63,623 bases of DNA, filler included, from Octopus bimaculoides (GCF_001194135.2; 9 parts of 9 records of this genome joined end to end with filler, not necessarily neighbours in it); one strand, 5' to 3'; positions 1 to 11,400 are shown, counted from the whole stretch's first letter. Translations and numbers: made by a program. The notes: generated by a model from the sequence alone, not told the origin.

Positions 1-200
1 CTGACTGGCCTTCGTACTGGTAGCATGTAAGAGCACCTACTACACTCTAGGAGTGGTTGGCGTTAGGAACGGCATCCAGCTGTAGAAACTCTGCCAGATC
101 AGATTGGAGCCTGGTGTAGCCATCTGGTTTCACCAGTCCTCAGTCAAATCGTCCAACCCATGCTAGCATGGAAAGCGGACGTTAAACGATGATGATGATG
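1..200 (+). mobile_element. 3' part of SINE/LINE-tail family A, ending in a (GAT)n tail (RTE-like 3' end)
   Basis: Ends CCATGCTAGCATGG (14-bp palindrome, 158-171)-AAAGCGGACGTTAAAC-(GAT)n. Near-identical copies lie at 4175-4330 (+) and 7782-8117 (-), with a tail fragment at about 1700-1775. The RTE assignment is inferred from the short-repeat tail. Confidence 0.75.
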
Positions 201-216
201 AGATCTTTTATCTTAG

Positions 217-382
217 GCTGGGGTGCTGCCTTGAAGAGTTTTTAGTTGGACAAATCAACCCTAATGCCTGTGTTCTTGTAAAGTCTGATGCCTATTCTTT
301 CAGAGCTTTTTTCTACTGAACCGTTAAGTTACAACGGTGTAAAAACACCAGCACCAGTTGTAAAGCAGTGAAGAGGGGACAA

Positions 383-410
<28 letters not shown>
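217..410 (-). mobile_element. Degenerate 3' half of tRNA-derived SINE family B (OR-type)
   Basis: Aligns by eye to the reverse complement of the family B body seen at 6982-7356 and 10214-10625. Confidence 0.65.
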
Positions 411-412
<2 letters not shown>

Positions 413-416
<4 letters not shown>

Positions 417-572
417 GTGACACATATTCAGTAGCTATCATAAAACTCCGAGTTTCGGATGCCAGGGTGGGATGCCAATTGGCCGGATAACTAAAGAGAT
501 GTTGGTGTGGTCTCCCACCCTGGCATCCGAAACTCGGAGTTTTATCATGGCTACTGAATAAGTGTCACATAT
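413..572. mobile_element. 160-bp MITE-like element with ~60-bp terminal inverted repeats
   Basis: The left arm ATATGTGACACATATTCAGTAGCTATCATAAAACTCCGAGTTTCGGATGCCAGGGTGGGA matches the reverse complement of 512-572 with about 3 mismatches. Termini are TGT...ACA, flanked by TA, inside a (TA)n tract. Confidence 0.85.
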
Positions 573-924
573 TTTTACAGATAAATTCCTCTTTTTGCAT
601 AATATCGAGGTCTCTTTCTTTCTTTTGTTGTCCTTTCTATCAATATATATATATATATATATATACATGNNNNNNNNNNNNNNNNNNNNNNNNNNNNNNN
701 NNNNNNNNNNNNNNNNNNNNNNNNNNNNNNNNNNNNNNNNNNNNNNNNNNNNNNNNNNNNNNNNNNNNNNNNNNNNNNNNNNNNNNNNNNNNNNNNNNNN
801 NNNNNNNNNNNNNNNNNNNNNNNNNNNNNNNNNNNNNNNNNNNNNNNNNNNNNNNNNNNNNNNNNNNNNNNNNNNNNNNNNNNNNNNNNNNNNNNNNNNN
901 NNNNNNNNNNNNNNNNNNNNNNNN

Positions 925-1240
925 AGCTTGCTTACCAACCACATGGTTCCGGGTTCAGTCCCACTGCATGGCACCTTTGACAAGTGTCTTCTACAATAGC
1001 CTCAGGCCAACCAAAGCCCTGTGGGTGGGTTTGGTAGACAGAAACTGAAGGAAGTCCGTCGTTATATATATATATGTGTATGTGTCTGTGTTTGTCCCCC
1101 CCCCACCATCACTTTATGGCCCTGTAACTTAGCGGTTCAGCAAAAGATTCCAATAGAATAAGTCCTGGGATCGATTAGCTCGACTAAAAGGCAGTGCTCC
1201 AGCATGGCCACAGTCAAATGACTTAAAGAAATAAAAGAAT
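925..1240 (+). mobile_element. SINE family B copy (5' end lost in N gap)
   Basis: Contains the B-box-like GGTTCAGTCCC, the core segment CCTTTGACAAGTGTCTTCTAC, an internal TA/TG microsatellite and the tail CCAGCATGGCCACAGTCAAATGAC. Confidence 0.85.
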
Positions 1241-1859
1241 ATTATGTATATGACAGGCTTCTTTCAGTTTTCATCTGCCAAATCGCTCTCACAAGGCTAT
1301 GTTAGACATTTGCCCCGGGTTCCACAGGGTGGGATTGAACCCAGAACCATGTGACTGGGGAGCAAATTTCTTAACTACACACAGCCATGCCTGTACCCAT
1401 ACCCTAATTTTCATACAAAAACCACTCCCAGCTGTAGACCGACCTATATGATCTGCACTTATGTACCCTACTAGTAGGGTACCTGTGACAACATCAGGTG
1501 CAAAGTGTTGCTTTAGGTATTGTTCTTGTGACCCTTTGAGCCCCCATTGAACCCCAGTGGGGATTTGACTTTCCACCTAACAGCAAGTGGGTTCCAGTGT
1601 CAATTTGACCCCTTCCCCTCCATTTAACTCCCAGTGAATATCAAATAGGGTACCATGTAACTATGGAAACATTCTTGTTTCTTGTTCCCTATTATTATTA
1701 TGCTCTGGGAGTGTTCAACCCATGCCAGCATGGAAAACAGATATTAAATGAGGATGATGATGATGATGATGATAAAGATAATGACTGGTACAGGCTCGAT
1801 TGAACTGGAATATACTGGGAGAAGCTGGATTCAGCTAGATTACATTGGAGCAGTTTGGT

Positions 1860-2266
1860 TTAACTTTTTAGTATTTAACTCGGCCATATCCTGCCAAAAT
1901 ATTCTATCTGTTTTAAGTTCAAAAGAACTAGATCAGGCCTCTTATACCTGACCTACAATGTCATTCTAAAAATAAACAATCGCATCATTGAAATCTCAGA
2001 GCTGAGATTATGCTTGATTAATTCAAAACAATACAAATGAATTAGCATAAATTAAGGGTTAAACTGGCTATGTCCAGCCCTAATATTTTCCCTGTTTTTA
2101 TGTTCAAACTGGCCAGATCTGGCTTTTCTTACCTTCCATATAATGCCGTTCTAAAAATAAATAATCTCGTCATTGAAATATCAAAGCTATGAGATAATGC
2201 ATGATTAATTCAAAGCAGTGTGAAAAAATAAATATCCGTTTGATAATCTGAATGCTCAAGGGTTAA
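1860..2266. mobile_element. Two tandem copies of a ~200-bp non-autonomous element with piggyBac-like ends
   Basis: Segments 1864-2058 and about 2063-2262 share internal sequence (TTCTAAAAATAAA..ATC..TCATTGAAAT..GATTAATTCAAA). Both end AAGGG|TTAA, and a degenerate TTAA|CTTTTTAG lies at the left end. The piggyBac call rests on the TTAA and CCCTT-type termini only. Confidence 0.5.
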
Positions 2267-2505
2267 AATTAGAATATATACACTGGTACAGACTGGTTTC
2301 AACTGGAAGAAGCCAGATTAAATTAGAATACACTGAAGCAGGCTGGTTTAAATTGGTATACAGTGGGTCAGACTAGATTAAACTGGAAGACATTGGAACA
2401 AGACAGATTTAATCTAGTTATATCTGCAACATACTGGATTAAGCTGGTTTGTACTGCAACAAAGTGGAATATATTACAACAGGTGGATTAAACTGGAATG
2501 CCAAG
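2266..2505. repeat. Degenerate ~10-bp-period minisatellite (AAACTGGAAT/ATACTGG/AGACTGG-like)
   Basis: Recurring (A/T)ACTGG(A/T) every 10-20 bp. Related tracts are at about 1780-1860 and 4525-4690. Confidence 0.6.
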
Positions 2506-2553
2506 CGGTGGTGGGCATGGGACAAAACACAGACACACAAATACATATGTATA

Positions 2554-2910
2554 TACTCTTTTACTTGTTTCAGTCATTTGACTGTGGCCATGCTGGAGCA
2601 CCGCCTTTAGTCGAGCCAATCGACCCCAGGACTTATTCTTTGTAAGCCTAGTACTTATTCTATCGGTCTCTTTTGCCGAACTGCTAAGTTACGGGAATGT
2701 AAACACACCAGCATCGGTTGTCAAGCAATGTTGGGGGGGACAAACATATACATATATACGACGGGCTTCTTTCAGTTTCCGTCTACCAAATCCACTCACA
2801 AGGCTTTGGTAGGCCCGAGGCTATAGTAGAAGACACTTGCCCAAGGTGCCACGCAGTGGGACTGAACCCGGAACCATGTGGTTGGGAAGCAAGCTTCTTA
2901 CCACACATCC
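2554..2910 (-). mobile_element. Near full-length SINE family B copy
   Basis: The reverse complement reads head GTGGTAAG..CTTCCCAACCACATGGTTCCGGGTTCAGTCCCACTGCGTGGCACCTTGGGCAAGTGTCTTC through tail GACTGAAACAAGTAAAAGAGTA. Further partial copies are at 1250-1395, 3575-3735, 3775-4100 and 4365-4525. Confidence 0.9.
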
Positions 2911-2917
2911 ACTCTAT

Positions 2918-2953
<36 letters not shown>

Positions 2954-3737
2954 TTGTATTTGTTTCAGTTATTTGACNNNNNNNNNNNNNNNNNNNNNNN
3001 NNNNNNNNNNNNNNNNNNNNNNNNNNNNNNNNNNNNNNNNNNNNNNNNNNNNNNNNNNNNNNNNNNNNNNNNNNNNNNNNNNNNNNNNNNNNNNNNNNNN
3101 NNNNNNNNNNNNNNNNNNNNNNNNNNNNNNNNNNNNNNNNNNNNNNNNNNNNNNNNNNNNNNNNNNNNNNNNNNNNNNNNNNNNNNNNNNNNNNNNNNNN
3201 NNNNNNNNNNNNNNNNNNNNNNNNNNNNNNNNNNNNNNNNNNNNNNNNNNNNNNNNNNNNNNNNNNNNNNNNNNNNNNNNNNNNNNNNNNNNNNNNNNNN
3301 NNNNNNNNNNNNNNNNNNNNNNNNNNNNNNNNNNNNNNNNNNNNNNNNNNNNNNNNNNNNNNNNNNNNNNNNNNNNNNNNNNNNNNNNNNNNNNNNNNNN
3401 NNNNNNNNNNNNNNNNNNNNNNNNNNNNNNNNNNNNNNNNNNNNNNNNNNNNNNNNNNNATTAATAAAACATTACTCTACCTCCGGTATTTGAGTACTAT
3501 TTTTTCCACCTTGTTTCACATTCATGTGCTTACTCTGGTATATATATGTATATATATATATATCGACATACATACATACACCAGGCTTCTTTTAGTTTCT
3601 GTCTACCTAATCTACTTGCAAGGCTTTTGTCAGCCTGAAGCTATAGTAGAAAACACTTGCCCAAGGTGCCACGCAGTGGGACTGAACCCGGAACCATGTG
3701 GTTGGGAAGCAAGCTTCTTACCACACATCCACTCTAT

Positions 3738-3773
<36 letters not shown>

Positions 3774-4174
3774 TTGTATTTGTTTCAGTTATTTGACTGA
3801 GGCCATGCTGGGGTACTGCCTTGAAGGGTTTTAGTCGAACAAATTAACTCCAGGGCTTATTTTTTTTAAAGCCTAGTACTTTTTCTATCGGTCTCTCTAG
3901 CCGAACTGCTAAGTTACAAGGACATAAGCACACCAACATCAATTGTCAAGTGATGGTGGTGGGGACAAACACAGACATATATACACACATATATATGTAT
4001 GACGGGCTTTCAGTTTCTGTTTACCAAATCTACTCCCGATGCTGTAGTAGAAGACATTTGCCCAAGGTGCCACACAGTGGGACTGAACCCAGATGTGATT
4101 GAGAGAGCCCAAAGATTTTAACCATGCTGGAGCACCAGCAATGCCCCAGTATGGCCACAGCCACGAAATATATG

Positions 4175-4326
4175 AGTGGTTGACGTTAGGAAGGGCATCC
4201 AGCTGTAGAAACTCTGCCAAATTTAGATTGGAGCCTGGTGTAGCCATCCGGTTGCACCAGTCCTCAGTCAAATCGTCCAACCCATGCTAGCATGGAAAGC
4301 GGACGTTAAACGATGATGATGATGAT

Positions 4327-4330
<4 letters not shown>
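4175..4330 (+). mobile_element. Family A 3' part with (GAT)n tail
   Basis: Closely matches 50-200 by eye, including the CCATGCTAGCATGG palindrome. Confidence 0.85.
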
Positions 4331-4362
<32 letters not shown>

Positions 4363-4751
4363 TATATGACAGGCTCTCACACAATTCCCATCTCAGATTC
4401 ACTCACAAGGCATTGGTTGGCCAGGGGCTGTAGTAGAAGACACACCCAAAGTGCCGTGCTGTGGTATTGAACCTGAATTCACTGGTTTAAAGTGAGCTTT
4501 TTAACCACACGGCTATGCCTGCCTAGCTGTAGTTGGACATACCAGAGCACACCAGAATAAACCGGAACATACCAGAATAAACTGGAACATACCTGATTAG
4601 TTTGGAATGAACTAGAAAACCCTAGATCAAAACTGGAACAAACCAGATAAAACTGGAATAGACCAAAACAGGTTGGAATATTACAGAATGCACTAAGGTG
4701 GCAAATTGACAGAATTATTACTGCACTGTGCAAAATGTGCCATTTTGCCAA

Positions 4752-5109
4752 TCTTTATGTTCTGAGTTCAAATCCTGACGTCGTTGACTTTGCATTTTAT
4801 CCTTTCAGGGGTTGATAAAATAAATACCAGTTGTGTACTAGGGTTGATGTAATCGAATCGACTAGCTCCCTTCTCCAAAGTTTCAGGCCTTGTGCTAAAA
4901 TTTGAAATCATCATCATTATTATTATTATTAAGGTGGCAGCTCTGTTAGAATTGCTCACCGCTGCGTCCTGAGTTCAAATTCTACTGAGGTTGATTTTGT
5001 CTTTCATCCTTTCGGGGTCGATAAATTAAGTACCAGTTGAGTATTGGGGTCAATCTAATCGACTTACCCCTCTCCAATAATTTTCAGGCCTTGTGCCTAT
5101 AGTAGAAAG

Positions 5110-5178
<69 letters not shown>

Positions 5179-5241
5179 CATTATTATTAAGGCAGTGAGC
5201 TGGCAGAATTGTTAGTGGTGTTTTGCTTGTTGCTATGTTCT
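4752..5241 (+). mobile_element. Head-to-tail run of three SINE family C units separated by (ATT)n tails
   Basis: The first two units carry the B-box GAGTTCAAAT(C/T)C and the core CTTTCATCCTTTCGGGGTCGATAAATTAAGTACCAG. Heads AAGG(C/T)GGC/AAGGCAGTGAGCTGGCAGAA start immediately after (ATT)n at about 4931 and 5190; the third unit runs into the N gap. Confidence 0.85.
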
Positions 5242-6199
5242 NNNNNNNNNNNNNNNNNNNNNNNNNNNNNNNNNNNNNNNNNNNNNNNNNNNNNNNNNNN
5301 NNNNNNNNNNNNNNNNNNNNNNNNNNNNNNNNNNNNNNNNNNNNNNNNNNNNNNNNNNNNNNNNNNNNNNNNNNNNNNNNNNNNNNNNNNNNNNNNNNNN
5401 NNNNNNNNNNNNNNNNNNNNNNNNNNNNNNNNNNNNNNNNNNNNNNNNNNNNNNNNNNNNNNNNNNNNNNNNNNNNNNNNNNNNNNNNNNNNNNNNNNNN
5501 NNNNNNNNNNNNNNNNNNNNNNNNNNNNNNNNNNNNNNNNNNNNNNNNNNNNNNNNNNNNNNNNNNNNNNNNNNNNNNNNNNNNNNNNNNNNNNNNNNNN
5601 NNNNNNNNNNNNNNNNNNNNNNNNNNNNNNNNNNNNNNNNNNNNNNNNNNNNNNNNNNNNNNNNNNNNNNNNNNNNNNNNNNNNNNNNNNNNNNNNNNNN
5701 NNNNNNNNNNNNNNNNNNNNNNNNNNNNNNNNNNNNNNNNNNNNNNNNNNNNNNNNNNNNNNNNNNNNNNNNNNNNNNNNNNNNNNNNNNNNNNNNNNNN
5801 NNNNNNNNNNNNNNNNNNNNNNNNNNNNNNNNNNNNNNNNNNNNNNNNNNNNNNNNNNNNNNNNNNNNNNNNNNNNNNNNNNNNNNNNNNNNNNNNNNNN
5901 NNNNNNNNNNNNNNNNNNNNNNNNNNNNNNNNNNNNNNNNNNNNNNNNNNNNNNNNNNNNNNNNNNNNNNNNNNNNNNNNNNNNNNNNNNNNNNNNNNNN
6001 NNNNNNNNNNNNNNNNNNNNNNNNNNNNNNNNNNNNNNNNNNNNNNNNNNNNNNNNNNNNNNNNNNNNNNNNNNNNNNNNNNTATATATATACATGTATA
6101 TATATGTATATATATAAGAAATAAAGAATGAGCTTCTTTTTCAAGAATATATGTTTTGTGTTGCTTTTCGTTGTTTAAACCTAGGTTTTAGGATGATAA

Positions 6200-6790
6200 C
6201 GGTACCAGAGTTCAAATCCTGTTGAAGCCAACTTTACCTTTTAATTCTTTTGGGGGAGTCAATGAGATAAAGTACTGGAATTAACGATATCAAATAACCA
6301 CCATTTAATCGACAATATGCTAGCCTTGAATCTAAATTTGAAATCATTATTATTATAAAATAAATACCAGTTTAATACTGGGGTCAATGTAATGGACTTA
6401 TCCCCTCCCTGCAATATGGCTGCCCTTGTGGCAAAATTTGAAACCATTATTAATATTATTATTATTATTATTGGGTAGCAAGCTGACTGAATCGACAGTC
6501 AATAAATGAAGTACCAGTAAAATACTGGGATCAATGTAATCAACTAGTCCCCTCCCCTCAAATTTCAGGCCTTGTGCCTTTAATAGAAAGGATTATTATT
6601 AGGCAGCAAGATGGCAGAATTGTTAGCACGCTGGACGAAATGCTTAGCAGTATTTTGTCTGCTGCTACCTTCTGAGTTCAAATTCCGCCAAGGTCGACTT
6701 TGTATTTTATCCTTTCGTGGTCAATAAAATAAGTACCAGTTTCTACACTGGGGGTCAATATAATTGACTAGCTTATTATTGGCCAGTATG
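6200..6790 (+). mobile_element. Cluster of four variably truncated family C SINE units
   Basis: Repeated AATAAGTACCAG...CTGGGGTCAATGTAAT cores, with tails at 6415-6450 (type Y) and 6562-6600 (type X) and a full head at 6601-6690. Confidence 0.8.
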
Positions 6791-6981
6791 AATGGATCAA
6801 TTCTGAGGTTACACCTGTAAAAAAAAAAATGGTAATATAAAAGGAGAAGGGGCTCTCTACCCCTTTTGACCAGGCTCCTGTGGCTTTTAGGGGTTTTTCC
6901 ACGTGTAATCTTTCAAAGTGTCTCCCCCTATTGGGAGTTTTATTTTTATATAATTTTCGCTGTTATTAATGTTTACACGAA

Positions 6982-7356
6982 TACTCTTTTACTTGTTTCA
7001 GTCATTTGACTGCGGCCATGCTGGAGCATCGCCTTTAGTCGAGAAAATCGACCCCAGGACTTATTCTTTGTAAGTGCCTAGTACTTATTCTATCAGTCTC
7101 TTTTTGCCAAACCGCTAAGTTACGGGGATGTAAACATACCAGCATCGGTTGTCAAGCGATGTTGGGGGGACAAACACAGACACACATACATATATATACA
7201 CATATATACGACGGGCTTCTTTCAGTTTCCATCTACCAAATCCACTCACAAGGCTTTGGTCGGCCCGAGGCTACAGTAGGTGCCACGCAATGGGACTGAA
7301 CCCGGAATCATGTGGTTGGTAATCAAGCTTCTTACCACACAGCCACTTCTGCGCCT
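6982..7356 (-). mobile_element. Near full-length SINE family B copy with a small internal deletion
   Basis: The reverse complement starts AGGCGCAGAAGTGGCTGTGTGGTAAG (A-box-like) and ends AAACAAGTAAAAGAGTA. Confidence 0.9.
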
Positions 7357-7781
7357 ATATATAGAATGTAAATATTTATCCTCATCAGCATCATAATCAT
7401 CATCATTATCATCATTTTAATGTGCAGTGTTGTTGCAGTAGTGTTGGCAGTATAGCATTGTCAATGTGGTAGTGGTGGTGGTGGTGGTGACGGGGTAGTT
7501 ATTGATCTGTTGGATTCAGGTCAGATTTGAGAGGATTAGCGAGGTTATTGTTAGTTTCTAGTTAATCTCTGATGTGTATGGGTGGTAGTGGCGGCGGTGG
7601 TGGTGTGAGGTATTGGAGGGGTATGTGTGCTGCATGGGGTGGTGGGGAGTGGGTTAGAAATGCTGACAGTAGTGGCAATAGTTTTTGGTGGTGGTGATGG
7701 TGAAGATTGTGGTAGTTGTGATGGTGAACCTAGAACCATGTGTTAAGGAAGCAAGCTTCTTATTACACAGCTACTCCTGCA

Positions 7782-8117
7782 TCTTATCATCATCGTCGTT
7801 CAACGTCTGCTTTCCATGCTGGCATGGGTTGGACGATTTGACTGAGGTCTGGTGACCCAGGAGGCTGCACCAGGCTCCAATCTGATCTGGCAAGGTTTCT
7901 ACAGCTGGATGCCCTTCCTAATGCCAACCACTCCGAGAGTGTAGTGGGTGCTTTTTACGTGCCACCAGCATGGAAGCTACGCAGGTGGCACTGGCAACAA
8001 CCACGCTTGACTGGTGCTTTTACGTGCCACCAGCACAGGAGCCAGTCGGGTGGCACTGGCAATGACCATGTTCAAATGGTGCTTTTTATGTGCCACCGGC
8101 ATGGGAGCCAGTTAGGC
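7782..8117 (-). mobile_element. Family A copy with internal ~60-66-bp tandem repeats
   Basis: Reverse complement of the (GAT)n tail and 3' region, followed by three units of GGTGCTTTT(T)A(C/T)GTGCCACC.GCA...GGCACTGGCAA at about 7947, 8013 and 8078. Confidence 0.85.
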
Positions 8118-8837
8118 NNNNNNNNNNNNNNNNNNNNNNNNNNNNNNNNNNNNNNNNNNNNNNNNNNNNNNNNNNNNNNNNNNNNNNNNNNNNNNNNNNN
8201 NNNNNNNNNNNNNNNNNNNNNNNNNNNNNNNNNNNNNNNNNNNNNNNNNNNNNNNNNNNNNNNNNNNNNNNNNNNNNNNNNNNNNNNNNNNNNNNNNNNN
8301 NNNNNNNNNNNNNNNNNNNNNNNNNNNNNNNNNNNNNNNNNNNNNNNNNNNNNNNNNNNNNNNNNNNNNNNNNNNNNNNNNNNNNNNNNNNNNNNNNNNN
8401 NNNNNNNNNNNNNNNNNNNNNNNNNNNNNNNNNNNNNNNNNNNNNNNNNNNNNNNNNNNNNNNNNNNNNNNNNNNNNNNNNNNNNNNNNNNNNNNNNNNN
8501 NNNNNNNNNNNNNNNNNNNNNNNNNNNNNNNNNNNNNNNNNNNNNNNNNNNNNNNNNNNNNNNNNNNNNNNNNNNNNNNNNNNNNNNNNNNNNNNNNNNN
8601 NNNNNNNNNNNNNNNNNNNNNNNNNNNNNNNNNNNNNNNNNNNNNNNNNNNNNNNNNNNNNNNNNNNNNNNNNNNNNNNNNNNNNNNNNNNNNNNNNNNN
8701 NNNNNNNNNNNNNNNNNNNNNNNNNNNNNNNNNNNNNNNNNNNNNNNNNNNNNNNNNNNNNNNNNNNNNNNNNNNNNNNNNNNNNNNNNNNNNNNNNNNN
8801 NNNNNNNTATATATATATATATATATATGTGTATATA

Positions 8838-9197
8838 TACTCTTTTACTTGTTTCAGTCATTTGACTGTGGCCATGATGGGGCACCGCCTTTAGTCGAGC
8901 AAATCGACCCCAGGACGTTTTCTTTGTAAGCCTAGTACTTATTCTATCGGTCTCTTATGCCGAACTGCTAAGTTACAGGGACGTAAACACACCAGCATTG
9001 GTTGTCAAGCGATGTTGGGGGGACAAACACAAACACATACACACACATATATATATATATGCATATATATGACGGGCTTCTTTTAGTTTCCTTATGTCTT
9101 TGTTGCCCACAAGGGGCTAAAAATAGAGGGGGCAAACAAGGGCAGACAAAGGGATTAAGTCAATTACATCGACTCCAGTGTGTAACTGGTACTTAAT
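8838..9197 (-). mobile_element. Family B 3' half followed by a family C 3' end with tail type Z
   Basis: 8838-9090 matches the family B tail and body. 9095-9197 matches the 23101-23200 tail (CCCACAAGGGGCTAAA..AGAGGGG.CAAACAAGG.CAGACAAAGGGATTAAGTC). Confidence 0.8.
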
Positions 9198-9479
9198 GGT
9201 GGTGGTGCTGGATGTGGTGAAGATGGTTGTGGTGGTGAATACTGAATGTGACGGTTGTGATGGCGAGGATAATCGTTGTGGTGCCAAAACCACCACCACC
9301 GCTACCACCCCAACTACCATCTTCGCCATCAACAGCACCACCACAACCACAACTGTCTTATCAGCTACAGACCTGAACTTGTCCACATCTATTAATACAC
9401 ATTTTAGGATAGCCTCCAGCAATATCTGGGTGCCTTCCATGGGTATATATACACACATATATACACACGTGCAGATGTG

Positions 9480-10060
9480 AGTGTGTGTATATACATGTAT
9501 ACACACACACACACACACACATACATATATATAAAGGCATGCACAAATATATCAAAATGCACTACGACCTATTTAATGCACACATTTATAAATATATGCA
9601 TATACATGTGTGTGCGTGTATATATATACATATATACATACATACACACACACACAAGCGCAACATACATATACATATATATATGTGTGCGTGTATATAT
9701 ATATATATGTGTATGTGTGTTTGTATATATATATATATATATATATATACAAACACACACACATACATACATATACATATATATATGTATGTGCGCATAT
9801 ATATATATATATACATACAAACATACATACACACACACATACACACATATACATATATATGTGTGTGCATGTATATATATTTATTCATATACATACATAC
9901 ATACATATATATATACACATACACACACACATATATACATATAGATATATATATGTGTGCATGTAAATATAGATATATATATATATATATATATAATATA
10001 TATGTATATATACATACATACATACACATATACACACTCATACACTCACATATAGCTTGA
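9480..10060. repeat. Compound (TA)/(CA)/(TACA) microsatellite field
   Basis: About 580 bp of alternating dinucleotide tracts, which accounts for the YI/HT-type ORFs. Confidence 0.95.
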
Positions 10061-10213
10061 ATCTTGTTTACATGCTTGCCGGTGTGCACACGCACACACA
10101 CACAGAATTTGTACACTTATAAACATCTAAAATTGATCTGGTAAAGCGGATTATTTCCCCATAATTGATATATAATTAGTATATATATAATTAGTATGTA
10201 TATATATATACAT

Positions 10214-10625
10214 AGGCACAGGAATGGCTGTGTGGTAAGTAGCTTGCTTTCCAACCACATGGTTCTGGGCTCAGTCCCATTGTGTGGGATCTTGGGCAAG
10301 TGTCTTCTACTATAGCCTCGGGCTGACCAAGGCCTTGTGAGTGGATTTGGCAGATGGAAACTGAAAGAAGCCCGTCGTATATATATATATATGTGTATAT
10401 ATGTATGTGTGTGTATATGTTTGGGTGTCTGTGTTTGTTCCTCCAACATCACTTGACAACCGATGCTGGTGTGTTTACGTGCCTGTAACCTAGCGGTTCA
10501 GCAAAAGAGACCGATAGAATGAGAACTAGGCTGACAAAGAATAAGTCCTGGGGTTGATTTGCTCAACTAAAGGTAGTGCTCCAGCATGGCCACATTCAAA
10601 TGACTGAAACAAACAAAAGAATAAA
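10214..10625 (+). mobile_element. Full-length SINE family B copy
   Basis: Head AGGCACAGGAATGGCTGTGTGGTAAG, B-box-like GGGCTCAGTCCC, core TCTTGGGCAAGTGTCTTCTACTATAGCCTCGGG, tail AAATGACTGAAACAAACAAAAGAATAAAAG. Confidence 0.9.
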
Positions 10626-10639
10626 AGAACATATATATA

Positions 10640-10857
10640 TTCTTTTATCCTTTTGCTTGTTTCAGTCAGTAGGCTGTGGCCATGCTGGAGCACCACATTT
10701 AAAGCTTTTAGTCAAACAAATCAATCAAAGAGATCAATCCCAATCCCATGGATCCTTTTGCTGAACTGCTAAGTCATGGGGACGTAAGCACACCAGCATC
10801 GGTTGTCAAGCGGTGTTGGGGGACAAACACAGACACACAAACATATACACACACACA

Positions 10858-10934
<77 letters not shown>

Positions 10935-10958
10935 GATGTGCTTCTTTCAGTTTCCATC
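10640..10958 (-). mobile_element. SINE family B copy lying tail-to-tail with the 10214-10625 copy
   Basis: Reverse-complement family B tail and body running into the N gap. Another + copy follows at 11322-11585. Confidence 0.85.
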
Positions 10959-11369
10959 NNNNNNNNNNNNNNNNNNNNNNNNNNNNNNNNNNNNNNNNNN
11001 NNNNNNNNNNNNNNNNNNNNNNNNNNNNNNNNNNNNNNNNNNNNNNNNNNNNNNNNNNNNNNNNNNNNNNNNNNNNNNNNNNNNNNNNNNNNNNNNNNNN
11101 NNNNNNNNNNNNNNNNNNNNNNNNNNNNNNNNNNNNNNNNNNNNNNNNNNNNNNNNNNNNNNNNNNNNNNNNNNNNNNNNNNNNNNNNNNNNNNNNNNNN
11201 NNNNNNNNNNNNNNNNNNNNNNNNNNNNNNNNNNNNNNNNNNNNNNNNNNNNNNNNNNNNNNNNNNNNNNNNNNNNNNNNNNNNNNNNNNNNNNNNNNNN
11301 NNNNNNNNNNNNNNNNNNNNNNGAGTGGATTTGGTAGACGGAAACTGAAAGAAGCCTGTCGTATATATG

Positions 11370-11400
<31 letters not shown>

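Noticed and set aside
2820-3797. Identical ~155-bp segments at 2820-2977 and 3640-3797
   Set aside because: The first copy ends exactly at an N gap, so this is most likely a duplicated contig end rather than a real recent duplication.
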